The position numbers were made by a program, and so were the translations under genes. Below the pieces are notes generated by a model. That model searched no databases, had not been told where the DNA came from, and saw only the letters and a list, made by a program, of their open reading frames with translations. A stretch of 64,000 nt of DNA from a phage, in the sequence record PZ229304.1; one strand, 5' to 3'. Below, piece after piece: positions 47,643-57,255 of the stretch; the stretch's first letter is position 1, and each line of letters opens with the position of its first letter.

Positions 47643-48617
47643 TTAAAGACTTTCAATAACTTGACGACGCAGTTCATTGGCATCTGCAAGATTATAATTA
47701 AGACGAACGTGTTCTGCAAGCATCATACCACGATCTTCTGTGTATCTAGGGTTTCTCATTAGCTTCACAACTTCATAATGCCAAGATGCTTTAGAGTCTG
47801 CATAGATAACAGCCTTTGCATCTACCGGATTGAAGTACGGCAGCACAGGAGAACAGATAATAGGAAGACCCTTTGCACCTGCTTCCAAAATCTTCAAATT
47901 GCTTTTACAGTTGTTGAAGTCATTATCTACCAGAGGAGCAATTGCAATACTGTGACCGTCATACACAGACATATACTCACCTAAATTTTTAATAGCTGGT
48001 TTATACTGTGCATTTGGAATTTTACGTTTTACTTTAACCCACTCCGCAGTAGTTAGATACTGACTATTATTTCCAACAGGTGCAGAAGGATACACTTCAT
48101 ACCCTGCAATTGTCAATAGTGTATCATCAAATGTATTAGCTACAAGAGATAAATCAGGTTCATGGCTTGCTCCTCCAGCCCAAATAATAGGCGTGTCAGA
48201 ATAACGGTCTTTTGTCAAAGTAAATTGACCTTCGTCGTAAGGTAGTGCGTTTCTAATAACGACAACATTACGATTTAAATGACGAATTTTGTAAGCTAGG
48301 TATTCTGTTGTTACTGTAACAACATCTGCTAACTTAACCATTTCTACAATAGTCTTTGAATGATTAGTAAATACGCCAGCCATATAATGTTCAGGATTAA
48401 GTGAATAAAAGTCATCTAAATCAACAATAATCTTAACACCTTGTGCCTTCAGGCGTTTAACTTCGTCTGCTCCATGAGAATACACTCTATTAAAAACTAA
48501 AACGTCTTTCTTAGGTTTAAACGTATTTCCAGCAAATGGCATTACAATACGATGGTAATCACAACCACTGCCTAACTTATTATCACACTTAAGTACAGGA
48601 GTATTAGGATTTACCAT
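47643..48617 (-). CDS. glycosyltransferase (GT-B-like), paralogue B
   Basis: C-terminal NCKSNLKILEAGAKGLPIICSP. ORF track starts at 48656; the Met at 48617 has a GAGGAGG RBS and minimal overlap with the upstream gene. Confidence 0.45.
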   Translation of the reverse strand: MVNPNTPVLKCDNKLGSGCDYHRIVMPFAGNTFKPKKDVLVFNRVYSHGADEVKRLKAQGVKIIVDLDDFYSLNPEHYMAGVFTNHSKTIVEMVKLADVVTVTTEYLAYKIRHLNRNVVVIRNALPYDEGQFTLTKDRYSDTPIIWAGGASHEPDLSLVANTFDDTLLTIAGYEVYPSAPVGNNSQYLTTAEWVKVKRKIPNAQYKPAIKNLGEYMSVYDGHSIAIAPLVDNDFNNCKSNLKILEAGAKGLPIICSPVLPYFNPVDAKAVIYADSKASWHYEVVKLMRNPRYTEDRGMMLAEHVRLNYNLADANELRRQVIESL

Positions 48618-49290
48618 ATTTTTGAGCCTCCTCATAAGAGATAAAAGTTTTACCATTGCGAAGATCCTCCAGTGATTGTTTATATTGTTCCCAGTTTACA
48701 CCAATCCCCTGTTCTTTCTCTTCTTTTGACAGATTCGCAAAAGGTAAAGGATTGTCTCCAAACACATCGTCAGGATGGATAAACGCCATAATTCGAATAG
48801 GACATGGTACGCCTGGAATACCTCGGTTCAAACCTGCCAGCGGAACGCGCTGAATCCACTCTGCATCTTCATATCCATAACCGTGGGTGTATGAGCGGAA
48901 ATAGCCAGCTTTCTCAATAACTGCACGGGAATACATACCAAACTGGCACATCCCTAGTTCCCAAATAACCACTTCCCCTTCAATACCTTTTACTTTATCT
49001 TTAAAGTATTCAGGCATACCAAAGAAATCCCAACCATTTTCCTTCGCCTGTTTTACAAAATATGTTTCCCAACCTTGAACAACAGGATAACAATCATCAT
49101 CAAAAATAAACCAGTAATCATACCCTTCATCATAAAACTTTTTCATCAGTTCATTACGAGCATATGCAACACCTTTTCGTTCCCGATCATACTGTACAAC
49201 AAAAGTAGCATTAGGATCAGTCACAAGATAGTCTTTAAGAGGACGCTTACCTACAGTAATAACACCAACACCAATTTTTGTATTTTCCAA
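48604..49290 (-). CDS. putative glycosyltransferase (GT-A-like, DxD)
   Basis: 228 aa; WFIFDDDCYP acidic DxD-type motif; same operon as the GT-B pair. Confidence 0.35.
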   Translation of the reverse strand: MENTKIGVGVITVGKRPLKDYLVTDPNATFVVQYDRERKGVAYARNELMKKFYDEGYDYWFIFDDDCYPVVQGWETYFVKQAKENGWDFFGMPEYFKDKVKGIEGEVVIWELGMCQFGMYSRAVIEKAGYFRSYTHGYGYEDAEWIQRVPLAGLNRGIPGVPCPIRIMAFIHPDDVFGDNPLPFANLSKEEKEQGIGVNWEQYKQSLEDLRNGKTFISYEEAQKYGKS

Positions 49291-49299
49291 AATAACTCC

Positions 49300-49863
49300 T
49301 TAAATAATTTTATTCATGTCTTGACAATGTAAAAGGTGTGAAACAGCTTTTCTAGGATCATCGTTACCTAAACGGTAGGTGTGAAATAAATATAACCCAC
49401 GTAGTAAACCTAGCCTTTTATTGTTAGCGTGTAATGCTTTAGAGAAAATTATATCAAACTGTATTGATCTTTCCTCAAAAGGGATTTCATTCCACAGACT
49501 CTTACGAAAGAGAAGAAAGAATCCTGCTAAGATAGCATCTGTAGGTACTTCCTCTATTGAGTTTCCCCATTCTAGATGTGCTCTTTTTGCAATCTCAATG
49601 TGGTGTAATATATTTGGATCTTCACTTCTTTCATTATTAAATAATTGATATGTTGATCCCAATCTATTACAAGATGCACCAAGAACATCAAAATCAGGAT
49701 TTGAACGAACTATTGATTCCAGCCAAGCAGGTTGTTCTGGAAGAAGAAACATTGTATCAATGTCTCTTAGGCAAATCCAACTATCTTCTGGTAAGACACT
49801 TATTGTGTCATTGATACCTTTTCCAATATCTCCAGAAAGATAGGGAGTTATGTGAAATATCAT
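49300..49863 (-). CDS. hypothetical protein, possibly nucleotide-sugar transferase-like
   Basis: 187 aa; CLRDIDTMF DxD-like motif; first gene of the glycosyltransferase block. Confidence 0.25.
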   Translation of the reverse strand: MIFHITPYLSGDIGKGINDTISVLPEDSWICLRDIDTMFLLPEQPAWLESIVRSNPDFDVLGASCNRLGSTYQLFNNERSEDPNILHHIEIAKRAHLEWGNSIEEVPTDAILAGFFLLFRKSLWNEIPFEERSIQFDIIFSKALHANNKRLGLLRGLYLFHTYRLGNDDPRKAVSHLLHCQDMNKII

Positions 49864-49920
49864 ACTCCCTCCGTATTATTACTTTAGCATTTTTAGACTA
49901 AAAAGTCCAAATGGTTTTAC

Positions 49921-50115
49921 CTATTGATTACGTTTTGCGAGTTCCATTTGGATAGCTAAACTGTGATCTCGTGCTTCCATATACTCTTTATATGTTTCAT
50001 TAAGATGATCACGACAAACATCACGCAGTTTAATCAGTTTATCTGTAGGGATACCACTAAGATCATCCCAAGATTTTACAACTTCACCAGTATCATTGAT
50101 CCCAATGGTTTTCAT
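49921..50115 (-). CDS. hypothetical small protein
   Basis: 64-aa ORF. Confidence 0.25.
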   Translation of the reverse strand: MKTIGINDTGEVVKSWDDLSGIPTDKLIKLRDVCRDHLNETYKEYMEARDHSLAIQMELAKRNQ

Positions 50116-50371
50116 CTACAACCTCCTTAATTGCTACAGCACAGTTTTTGCAGATACACTGCCCTTTACCTTTAGAAATCTGGATGTAAGGTTCATTTTC
50201 ATTTTCGCCCTTACGTGAGTCATATATTACAGAATTGAAGCACACAACGCAAATATTTTTTAAGATTGTATACTTATCAACTTTCTTTTTTGTTTTAAAG
50301 TTAACTTCAATAACATCAGCCATCAGTGTAACACTCCCAGTATGTTGTTTTGTGACATAACCATAGAACAT
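50093..50371 (-). CDS. small zinc-ribbon protein (hypothetical)
   Basis: 92 aa; CVVCF ... CICKNC cysteine pairs. Confidence 0.3.
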   Translation of the reverse strand: MFYGYVTKQHTGSVTLMADVIEVNFKTKKKVDKYTILKNICVVCFNSVIYDSRKGENENEPYIQISKGKGQCICKNCAVAIKEVVDENHWDQ

Positions 50372-50601
50372 TCAACATTATCGTGACTACGTGAAAAACG
50401 TTCCCAAACATCTTCATCGACTCGTAAAGCTATACAAGGATAGACGTTATCATTGATCATTTCAATTGAATAAACATCCACATTGTCTTCGTCTTCGATG
50501 AACATCATTGCAAACTGTTCTAAATGTTTCCTAATGTAATGTACATCCTCTTCTGTAAGACCAATAACAAGATAACTTGCAACGATAACGCCATCTTTCA
50601 T
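50323..50601 (-). CDS. hypothetical small protein
   Basis: 92-aa ORF. Confidence 0.25.
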   Translation of the reverse strand: MKDGVIVASYLVIGLTEEDVHYIRKHLEQFAMMFIEDEDNVDVYSIEMINDNVYPCIALRVDEDVWERFSRSHDNVECSMVMSQNNILGVLH

Positions 50602-50611
50602 CTATATCTCC

Positions 50612-51121
50612 TTAGCGATAGAATTGATGTTCTTTGTAGCGGTACACTAGAACCATATCTTTTTCCCAGTGTGCTCTTATTGTAGATTTTTTAAAGTATA
50701 ATGCTCCTTTTGTAATATCTAATGCAATTCGTAATTCTGGAAAATGCGTATCGAGATAAAGTAGACGTTCTGCTATAGCCTTAGCTTCCTTCCACTTATC
50801 ACGTTCCATAACGTTGAATGTCTTTGTGTAAGAGAATTGTCCTTTTTGAAACAAAACTTCTTTTATAGTATCAGGGAAATATGAATCTCTAGCCCTATTC
50901 AATACTACATTACCAACAGCAGACATACCGCGCTTTCCTTGATTACGACTTTCTGCATAGATTGCACAAGCTAATAGATTTTCTTTACTATCACGCTTTG
51001 TACACTTGTGAACTACTTTAGCAGTTTTTACGTTTGCAGCTTCGGCTTGCGCCACAACAGGTGTAAATGTAAAAGCAGTTAAGGATAGTAACGCAATTGC
51101 GACAAAGGTTTTTATTGACAA
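50612..51121 (-). CDS. secreted SleB-like cell-wall hydrolase (candidate endolysin)
   Basis: 169 aa; N-terminal signal peptide MSIKTFVAIALLSLTAFTFTPVVAQA; AIYAESRNQ...GMSAVGNVVLNRARD matches the SleB / Hydrolase_2 family. Confidence 0.5.
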   Translation of the reverse strand: MSIKTFVAIALLSLTAFTFTPVVAQAEAANVKTAKVVHKCTKRDSKENLLACAIYAESRNQGKRGMSAVGNVVLNRARDSYFPDTIKEVLFQKGQFSYTKTFNVMERDKWKEAKAIAERLLYLDTHFPELRIALDITKGALYFKKSTIRAHWEKDMVLVYRYKEHQFYR

Positions 51122-51213
51122 ACTTGCCTCCTATTTTGTTAAACGAACTTTTATTGTAACACAGAAGAGGCTGTTTTGCAAGTGGAGGGGGATAATCCCC
51201 CTCTTAGACTCTG

Positions 51214-51816
51214 TTAGATATTGTAAACCTTTGTATGAGTTACTACACCATTTTCTACAAAATCAATACGTTCTTGATCCGTAACTAGTGCAGACAACAC
51301 TTTAAATTTAATTTTTACACGTTCAAAAGCTGGTTGACCATCTTTAAGATAATTATGTTCGGTTGTCACTGTCTTGTTTACAAAATCAACTTTTGCTTTA
51401 CCGTTTTCGCGTAGGTGGAATGTTTTTCCTGCTTTGTACACAATTTCAACATTACCTTCGAGAGTAATTCCTTCAAAAAGTTCACCCTCTTCTTCATTTT
51501 CTTCACTTTTGAACAGACGACGAAACTCTTCCATATCAAGATAAACAACATCTTCAGAATAACTATCAGTAAGATATGTCTTACCCTCCATCAACCCGAA
51601 ATATTGCCAGATTGCCGAATAAACATCACTAGATGATCCAAGGGTTTCTCTGAGTTTAGTTCCACGGATTACTTCATAAACTTCAAAATTGAAACCAGAC
51701 TGCAAAGCATCAAACAGCACATCACTAACTTCTAAAGCATAATCTTCATTGTTGTCAATATCTACAAGAAAATTGCCGCTACGAATAAGTTTTTGACCTT
51801 CTAAAGTAATACTCAT
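51214..51816 (-). CDS. hypothetical protein
   Basis: 200-aa acidic ORF. Confidence 0.3.
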   Translation of the reverse strand: MSITLEGQKLIRSGNFLVDIDNNEDYALEVSDVLFDALQSGFNFEVYEVIRGTKLRETLGSSSDVYSAIWQYFGLMEGKTYLTDSYSEDVVYLDMEEFRRLFKSEENEEEGELFEGITLEGNVEIVYKAGKTFHLRENGKAKVDFVNKTVTTEHNYLKDGQPAFERVKIKFKVLSALVTDQERIDFVENGVVTHTKVYNI

Positions 51817-51843
51817 TGTTTTCTCCTCTTTTATTTCAAATAT

Positions 51844-51859
51844 GCGCCCCGAAGGGCGC
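51844..51859 (-). terminator. hairpin downstream of TerD-like gene
   Basis: GCGCCC-CGAA-GGGCGC stem-loop with AT-rich flanks. Confidence 0.35.
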
Positions 51860-51880
51860 TATGATTTATTACTTGACGTA

Positions 51881-52477
51881 TTACTCGAACCAATCGTCGC
51901 CAGCGCCAAACGCTTTAACTACATCGTAAATGTCAAGCCCAGCTTTACCTACACCATATGCTTTCAGTTTCCATTCGCTATCTTCTCGCACCAGGGAGGC
52001 AACGTGGCAAATGGTGTTACCTGCAAGTTCTGGAGCCAAGAAGTCAAAGTCCAGCAGTTCAACATTACGTTCATCATCGAAGATTTTAAGGAAACCTTCG
52101 GTAGCGTGACCAAGGCGTTTCTTACCCGTTTCGTCATCAATAGTAATTACGAATGCAATTTCCTGTGCTTCAGCAGAGATATTATCCAGTGTAACATCAA
52201 TCTGCTCCATCTGTCCTACACCATCACGAACATCTTCACCTGCAAAAGTAGAACGTTCAGGATCAAATTTCTGCGCGTAGCACACCAGGTGACGAGGAGA
52301 CAACAGTTCCGGCAGACCAGATGCATTGTGTCGGCAAATCAGAGCACTAACATCCAGATCCAGTTTTTCGTTAGATTTCCAAGAGAATTCCAGACGAATG
52401 CGTTTCAGTGCTGGTGCGATCTTTTTCAGAGAAACTTTTTCGCTAGAACCTTTTTTCAGGGAAATTTTCTGAGTCAT
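51881..52477 (-). CDS. terD: TerD-family protein (tellurite-resistance / stress-response family)
   Basis: 198 aa; N-terminal MTQKISLKKGSSEKVSLKK is the typical TerD start; acidic Ca-binding-like segments (FAGEDVRDG, ITIDDETG). Confidence 0.6.
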   Translation of the reverse strand: MTQKISLKKGSSEKVSLKKIAPALKRIRLEFSWKSNEKLDLDVSALICRHNASGLPELLSPRHLVCYAQKFDPERSTFAGEDVRDGVGQMEQIDVTLDNISAEAQEIAFVITIDDETGKKRLGHATEGFLKIFDDERNVELLDFDFLAPELAGNTICHVASLVREDSEWKLKAYGVGKAGLDIYDVVKAFGAGDDWFE

Positions 52478-52549
52478 AATTTATTATCTCCTTTGTTGTT
52501 AATTTACGTTGTCTATTTTACTAATCTTTTCTACAAAGTCAAGCGTTTT

Positions 52550-53344
52550 TTACGCTTTTGCTCCGAATTTTTTAACCCACTCACCAAACTCTTCGGATAG
52601 CAGTTTATCGTAAAGTTCTTCGTCAGACAAGGACAAATCTGCAATACCGATAAAATCAACATTATCGTATTCTTTTGCCAAGTCTTTCAAGAATTTAAAG
52701 TTTGCATTACCTACACCAACCATAAACCAGTAAACAGGAGTGTTGCGGTGTTTGTTCAGCAAACTACGTACTGCTGAAGTATCCATGTTCTCCCCGTCAG
52801 TTTGGAAGAAAATCATTGCAGGAGTACGATCAACTTGTGCATCAGTATCTACAACCTGCTCTACAACAGTACGTGTTACTTCTACAAGTTCTTTTTTACC
52901 AGTTAGTTTAGCAAGGAAACCTTTAGCCGGAACTTCTTCATACTCAACGACTTCGCGTGTAATATTTTTCATAGGTACACTACCGAAGTATGTATCATAG
53001 ATCTCTTGCATTACTGGAGCATAGGCTGTACCACCGTTGATGCAAACATTAGACATGCAAGAGCCGACATAATCATCATACACATCAGCCGTTGCAGGAG
53101 GCAGTTCAAAAGAAGAACTATTGAAAGCCCACATGTCAATCTGTGCATTATCATCAAACTTCATACCAAACGGCAGCAGTTTACCTACAAAATCACTAAC
53201 AGTGCCATCACGATATAGCTCACACATACTACCCGAAATATCTAAGGCGCTACCGACACGAAGAACAACATCGTTAATCTTTTTCTTACGCAGAGATACA
53301 GTAAGAGTTTCTTGACGTTTTTTAAGACTGATTTTATTGGACAT
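52550..53344 (-). CDS. vWA-domain protein with TerD-like N-terminal tag (TerY-like)
   Basis: 264 aa; N-terminal SNKISLKK; MIDAS-like LDISGSM and downstream TDGEN motifs. Confidence 0.55.
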   Translation of the reverse strand: MSNKISLKKRQETLTVSLRKKKINDVVLRVGSALDISGSMCELYRDGTVSDFVGKLLPFGMKFDDNAQIDMWAFNSSSFELPPATADVYDDYVGSCMSNVCINGGTAYAPVMQEIYDTYFGSVPMKNITREVVEYEEVPAKGFLAKLTGKKELVEVTRTVVEQVVDTDAQVDRTPAMIFFQTDGENMDTSAVRSLLNKHRNTPVYWFMVGVGNANFKFLKDLAKEYDNVDFIGIADLSLSDEELYDKLLSEEFGEWVKKFGAKA

Positions 53345-53345
53345 A

Positions 53346-53615
53346 TTATTTCTCCTTTCTGACTATAATGTTAGTAACTTCTAAATCCACTTCTACCACT
53401 TCTGTATCATATAAAATACAGTTAAGTTGACCTCTTTGTGAACCGTTCAGACACATTGCTTGGTTTGTATTAACCTTAATAAACACTAAGTTTATGAACG
53501 TATCTAAACCAGAATCTTGATAGGCAACATAATATACGAATGTATCACCTGCGTCAAGTTCTCCAAAACATTTAGGTTCATCTGATTTGTCGTCTTTGAT
53601 GTTAAATTTAAGCAC
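53346..53615 (-). CDS. hypothetical protein within Ter-like module
   Basis: 89-aa ORF in operon context. Confidence 0.3.
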   Translation of the reverse strand: MLKFNIKDDKSDEPKCFGELDAGDTFVYYVAYQDSGLDTFINLVFIKVNTNQAMCLNGSQRGQLNCILYDTEVVEVDLEVTNIIVRKEK

Positions 53616-54171
53616 TGTCTTCTCCTTTACCTGCTCTCAAGCCTAAATAGAAAGCCTCTCTGGTGATCTTTTGCAACTCGTTTAAAGCGATAGTTACAAC
53701 TAAATCATCTTCAATTTCTAGCTTTGAGTCTTCTTCTGTCTCAATGCAAGTATTATGCACTTTGTGGTAAGGATTGTCAACACGTTTAAATTTATTATTT
53801 TCAGTGCTGAAGAAGCAATCTGGATCTTCTTCCCCATCACCCAAACCCTGGTTAGGATCTTCTTCAGATCTTTCTGTTGGGATCTCACCTGTAAAGTGCT
53901 CTTCTAATACCAGAGCAATCCCATCTCCAAGATCGGAAGAGAACATCAAATTACAAACTTCTTCCCAAGGCATAGACCACTTAAATCTTTTACGATTACC
54001 ATGTTTATCTTCTTCGTTAGAGAAAACACTACCATAGCTATCATAATTCCCATACATCTCTTCGACAACCTTACCACCTTTCAAAAGAAATAGGTAGCAA
54101 GGAGAGCCATCGAAAGAGGTAGAAAGAGCAGCATTACCAGACTCTTTGCACAAGAAACTAAAACACCCCAT
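53608..54171 (-). CDS. hypothetical protein within Ter-like module
   Basis: 187-aa acidic ORF. Confidence 0.3.
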   Translation of the reverse strand: MGCFSFLCKESGNAALSTSFDGSPCYLFLLKGGKVVEEMYGNYDSYGSVFSNEEDKHGNRKRFKWSMPWEEVCNLMFSSDLGDGIALVLEEHFTGEIPTERSEEDPNQGLGDGEEDPDCFFSTENNKFKRVDNPYHKVHNTCIETEEDSKLEIEDDLVVTIALNELQKITREAFYLGLRAGKGEDSA

Positions 54172-54371
54172 TATACACCAGCCTTAAGATCAATTAAAGC
54201 CAAAGTTGTTTCAGAGTGTGTTTGCTCGTCTACAGGTGCAGTCATATGATAATACAAAAAATCTTCGGCATCATACCAATCTGACTCTTGACCTTGTTTC
54301 CAACCATCAATGAAAGCATCTTCCATAATTGTTTGTAACTCTTCACGAGTTAAGTGAATATCTTTACTCAT
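54171..54371 (-). CDS. hypothetical small protein
   Basis: 66-aa ORF with stop/start overlap to neighbours. Confidence 0.3.
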   Translation of the reverse strand: MSKDIHLTREELQTIMEDAFIDGWKQGQESDWYDAEDFLYYHMTAPVDEQTHSETTLALIDLKAGV

Positions 54372-54604
54372 TACACATTCTCCTCTTTTACCAATTCCAT
54401 CGTTGAACTATCAAAACCATCTTTAGAAGAATAGGTATAGACAGAACGTAGTTCGCGCAGGACAGTGAATACATTAGGATCATCTAACCAAGCATCCTGG
54501 AGGAGAACATAACGATCTTCATTGTCGTACTGGACAGCAATCATAGAACCAGACAGTTTGTAAATTTTAATATTCATAATATATTTCTCCTTAAAGTAGA
54601 CCAC
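54371..54604 (-). CDS. hypothetical small protein
   Basis: 77-aa ORF with stop/start overlap to neighbours. Confidence 0.3.
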   Translation of the reverse strand: MVYFKEKYIMNIKIYKLSGSMIAVQYDNEDRYVLLQDAWLDDPNVFTVLRELRSVYTYSSKDGFDSSTMELVKEENV

Positions 54605-55694
54605 GTTTAACAGTTTGAATCATGCCATCTTCAAGAGATTGCACTTCTTGAATGTAATCAATACGAGCAGCACGGGCTTCAGTGTTGATTCGGTTAGTTT
54701 CTTCCAACATTTTAACTAAGTTTTCTTGATCACGACGTAATGTTTCAATATCCAACACTTGACGATTAGCAAGTTGTGTAGCTTCAATTTGGTTTTGTGC
54801 AGCAAGATCACTACCCATTGCAATAGCAGCATTAAATTCATTCAGTACATTGTTCTGTGTATCGGCTGCTTTCTTCTGGCGTAGACTTTCAATATACATA
54901 GAAAAGTTTGCAGAGTAAGCAGGAATAACATTATTCACAATATTACGGGCTGATCGCATCAAACTTGCAGATACTTTCTGCATACTTTGTACACGTGGCC
55001 CCATCTGAACACACAGTAAGCGTAGGGCTTTCAGGTCTGCAATACGAATTTCAAGCAGATCCATAGTATCACGAGTACGTTGACGCTCTTCTACCTCATT
55101 TTCAGGCAGTGTATTAAGGCGAACTTCTTCTTTTTCATAAGTAGCTGTTAGAAGCTCTATATCTCTGTTTAAGCTAAGAGCATATTTGGCAATAGCCTCT
55201 TCTAAACGTTGCAGATATCGTAAAGAATCTTCTTCTTTTTTCAAGTCTGTTTGGAGTGTCTTTACCAAACCTTCAATACGATTATTGATGGTGTCAAATT
55301 CTCCAAACAAATCTTCTTTCATACCTAATACTTTCTTAACTAACTTACCTAAACCTTTAGATTGTTTAATAGAATTAGGATCAAGTTGCTTTGCTTGCTT
55401 AATAAGTGCAGTTAAACGTTCACTCATTTCATCTCCCTGAGATGAACGCTGGTGTTTAAGCACTTCAGCATTAAGGTTACGAAGAGTAAGTCCTGCATCA
55501 GCACCAACCTGTTCAATCTCTTCACGAGACATTGGAGGCAGCATTTGTACAGGTCGTGCAACAGCAGGGGCATATACAGGACTTGCATCCATAGCAGTTG
55601 GAGCAAACAAAGACTTACTTTTTTCTGTTGTTGCCGTGAATACACTCATTTCAGACGGTTTGCTTTTTACGGCACTGATAAAAGGACTGGACAT
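54591..55694 (-). CDS. TelA-like (toxic anion resistance / KlaA-like) protein, putative
   Basis: 367 aa, predominantly helical coiled coil; size and operon context with TerD/TerC; no discrete motif verified. Confidence 0.4.
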   Translation of the reverse strand: MSSPFISAVKSKPSEMSVFTATTEKSKSLFAPTAMDASPVYAPAVARPVQMLPPMSREEIEQVGADAGLTLRNLNAEVLKHQRSSQGDEMSERLTALIKQAKQLDPNSIKQSKGLGKLVKKVLGMKEDLFGEFDTINNRIEGLVKTLQTDLKKEEDSLRYLQRLEEAIAKYALSLNRDIELLTATYEKEEVRLNTLPENEVEERQRTRDTMDLLEIRIADLKALRLLCVQMGPRVQSMQKVSASLMRSARNIVNNVIPAYSANFSMYIESLRQKKAADTQNNVLNEFNAAIAMGSDLAAQNQIEATQLANRQVLDIETLRRDQENLVKMLEETNRINTEARAARIDYIQEVQSLEDGMIQTVKRGLL

Positions 55695-55762
55695 TCAATT
55701 TCCTCCATATTCTTTAGTAGATGGTGATACCTCTGTACCACCATCATAACACAAATTAAGTA

Positions 55763-56614
55763 TTAAACAAACATATCTAAATAATTTGTAGTAATAAACG
55801 CCCCATCTGCTTCCAGATTAACATAACCAGTAGCATTAGTGGTTAAGAAATCCAGATCGAAGGACTCTTTAACACCCCGTACCTCAACACGAGAGATATC
55901 GAATACAGGTAGTGTAACAGCCTCTTCGTGCAATACCGTACCTTTGTAGGTTGCCTTAATGATAAACTTGATATTACCCGTTCCAGCATCATACAAAACA
56001 CTTTCAAACCCTTTGAGAGTATATTTATCACCAGAAGTGAAGTGCAAAGTTGCTTTGTTTACAGTACGTTTTTTACGAGGAGTTCCTTTCACACGTTTAT
56101 GATCACTACGTTTTTTGTATTTAGGAATGAATACAAACGATACACTCTCAAGAAAGGTATCAACATCAAGGATTTTAATATCCTCTGTTGCAGCAAATTT
56201 TGAAGTCGTTGCATCAAAATGCTTTTCCCTGCGATCATACATAAAGATATCAAACCGATCTTCTAAATCAAACAAATTATGTATTTTAATTTCAGAATGC
56301 TTGCGCATTGCAGCAACCTTGAACTCTTCAAAACGTGGGTGTTCTACAAGTTCTTCAAGTTTTACACCAAAGACAGTATATTGCTTCGGAGTTTTTTCTG
56401 GTGTTGGCATTACAGAAGCATAATCCCCGATTGCGCTCTTAAAGCAAAATTGTTCTTGACCTGTATTTTTACCAACGAATTTACAGTATTCGTCATCGTG
56501 CATACTTTCCTGGGTAGTACCAACAAACTCAAAACCATCTTTATTCTTCTCAAGAATTTCTTGATTAAAGATCCAACCTTCCAGGCGATACACTTTACCA
56601 ACTTCTAGTTTCAT
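55763..56614 (-). CDS. hypothetical protein within Ter-like module
   Basis: 283-aa ORF. Confidence 0.3.
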   Translation of the reverse strand: MKLEVGKVYRLEGWIFNQEILEKNKDGFEFVGTTQESMHDDEYCKFVGKNTGQEQFCFKSAIGDYASVMPTPEKTPKQYTVFGVKLEELVEHPRFEEFKVAAMRKHSEIKIHNLFDLEDRFDIFMYDRREKHFDATTSKFAATEDIKILDVDTFLESVSFVFIPKYKKRSDHKRVKGTPRKKRTVNKATLHFTSGDKYTLKGFESVLYDAGTGNIKFIIKATYKGTVLHEEAVTLPVFDISRVEVRGVKESFDLDFLTTNATGYVNLEADGAFITTNYLDMFV

Positions 56615-56649
56615 CTGTTTCTCCTTCTTATTTAATCTGTATTAAATTA

Positions 56650-57255
56650 TTAACGACGACGTGAGCTACTAAAACTACGTTTCGACGAAGAATAACTTTT
56701 CGAAGACTTACTATAAGAGCTAATAGGACTTGAGTAAGACTTACGAGCAGAGTAATCACTATTCACTTTTGTTGTTGATGGGCGTGAATACGTTTGTACA
56801 CTTTGCTGCTTAATTGTGTTTTGTTTAGTTGTTGTATATGTATTCCCTTGTTTATCATAAAAACTATGCTTTTGTGTTGTATATGCTTTACTATTAGTTG
56901 CAGGAGCAGCATTGTTATTAATAATGGTTGTATTGCTACCACCATCTCTATAACCACCACCGCCACTATTACCACTCAACATATGACCAAGAAGCATACC
57001 TGTAGCAAAGTCACCTACACCAGAAGAACCACTGCCGCCTCCTTGAACAACAACTGTTGAAGGTTGTGCAGGTGCTGCTTGAACAACTTGAGGTGCAGGT
57101 TGATTTACATATTGTTCATCTACCATCTGATTTGGTGTTTGTTGGTAACGTTGATTTTGTACATTTTCAGAATCATCACAACCTACCAGCAATGCACTAC
57201 CTAAAACAACTGCAACAATAAAAGATTTAATGTTTTTCATTTGTAACCCTCTCAT
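56650..57255 (-). CDS. lipoprotein with glycine-zipper region
   Basis: Likely start at the MKNIKSF Met; lipobox LLVGC; Gly-rich GGGSGSSGVGDFATGMLLGHMLSGNSGGGG; Ser/Asn/Gln-rich C-terminus. Confidence 0.5.
   Translation of the reverse strand: MRGLQMKNIKSFIVAVVLGSALLVGCDDSENVQNQRYQQTPNQMVDEQYVNQPAPQVVQAAPAQPSTVVVQGGGSGSSGVGDFATGMLLGHMLSGNSGGGGYRDGGSNTTIINNNAAPATNSKAYTTQKHSFYDKQGNTYTTTKQNTIKQQSVQTYSRPSTTKVNSDYSARKSYSSPISSYSKSSKSYSSSKRSFSSSRRR

Noticed and set aside
51184-51206. Hairpin GAGGGGGA-TAA-TCCCCCTC as a terminator
   Set aside because: No flanking U-tract in either orientation and a very tight loop; not called as a terminator.
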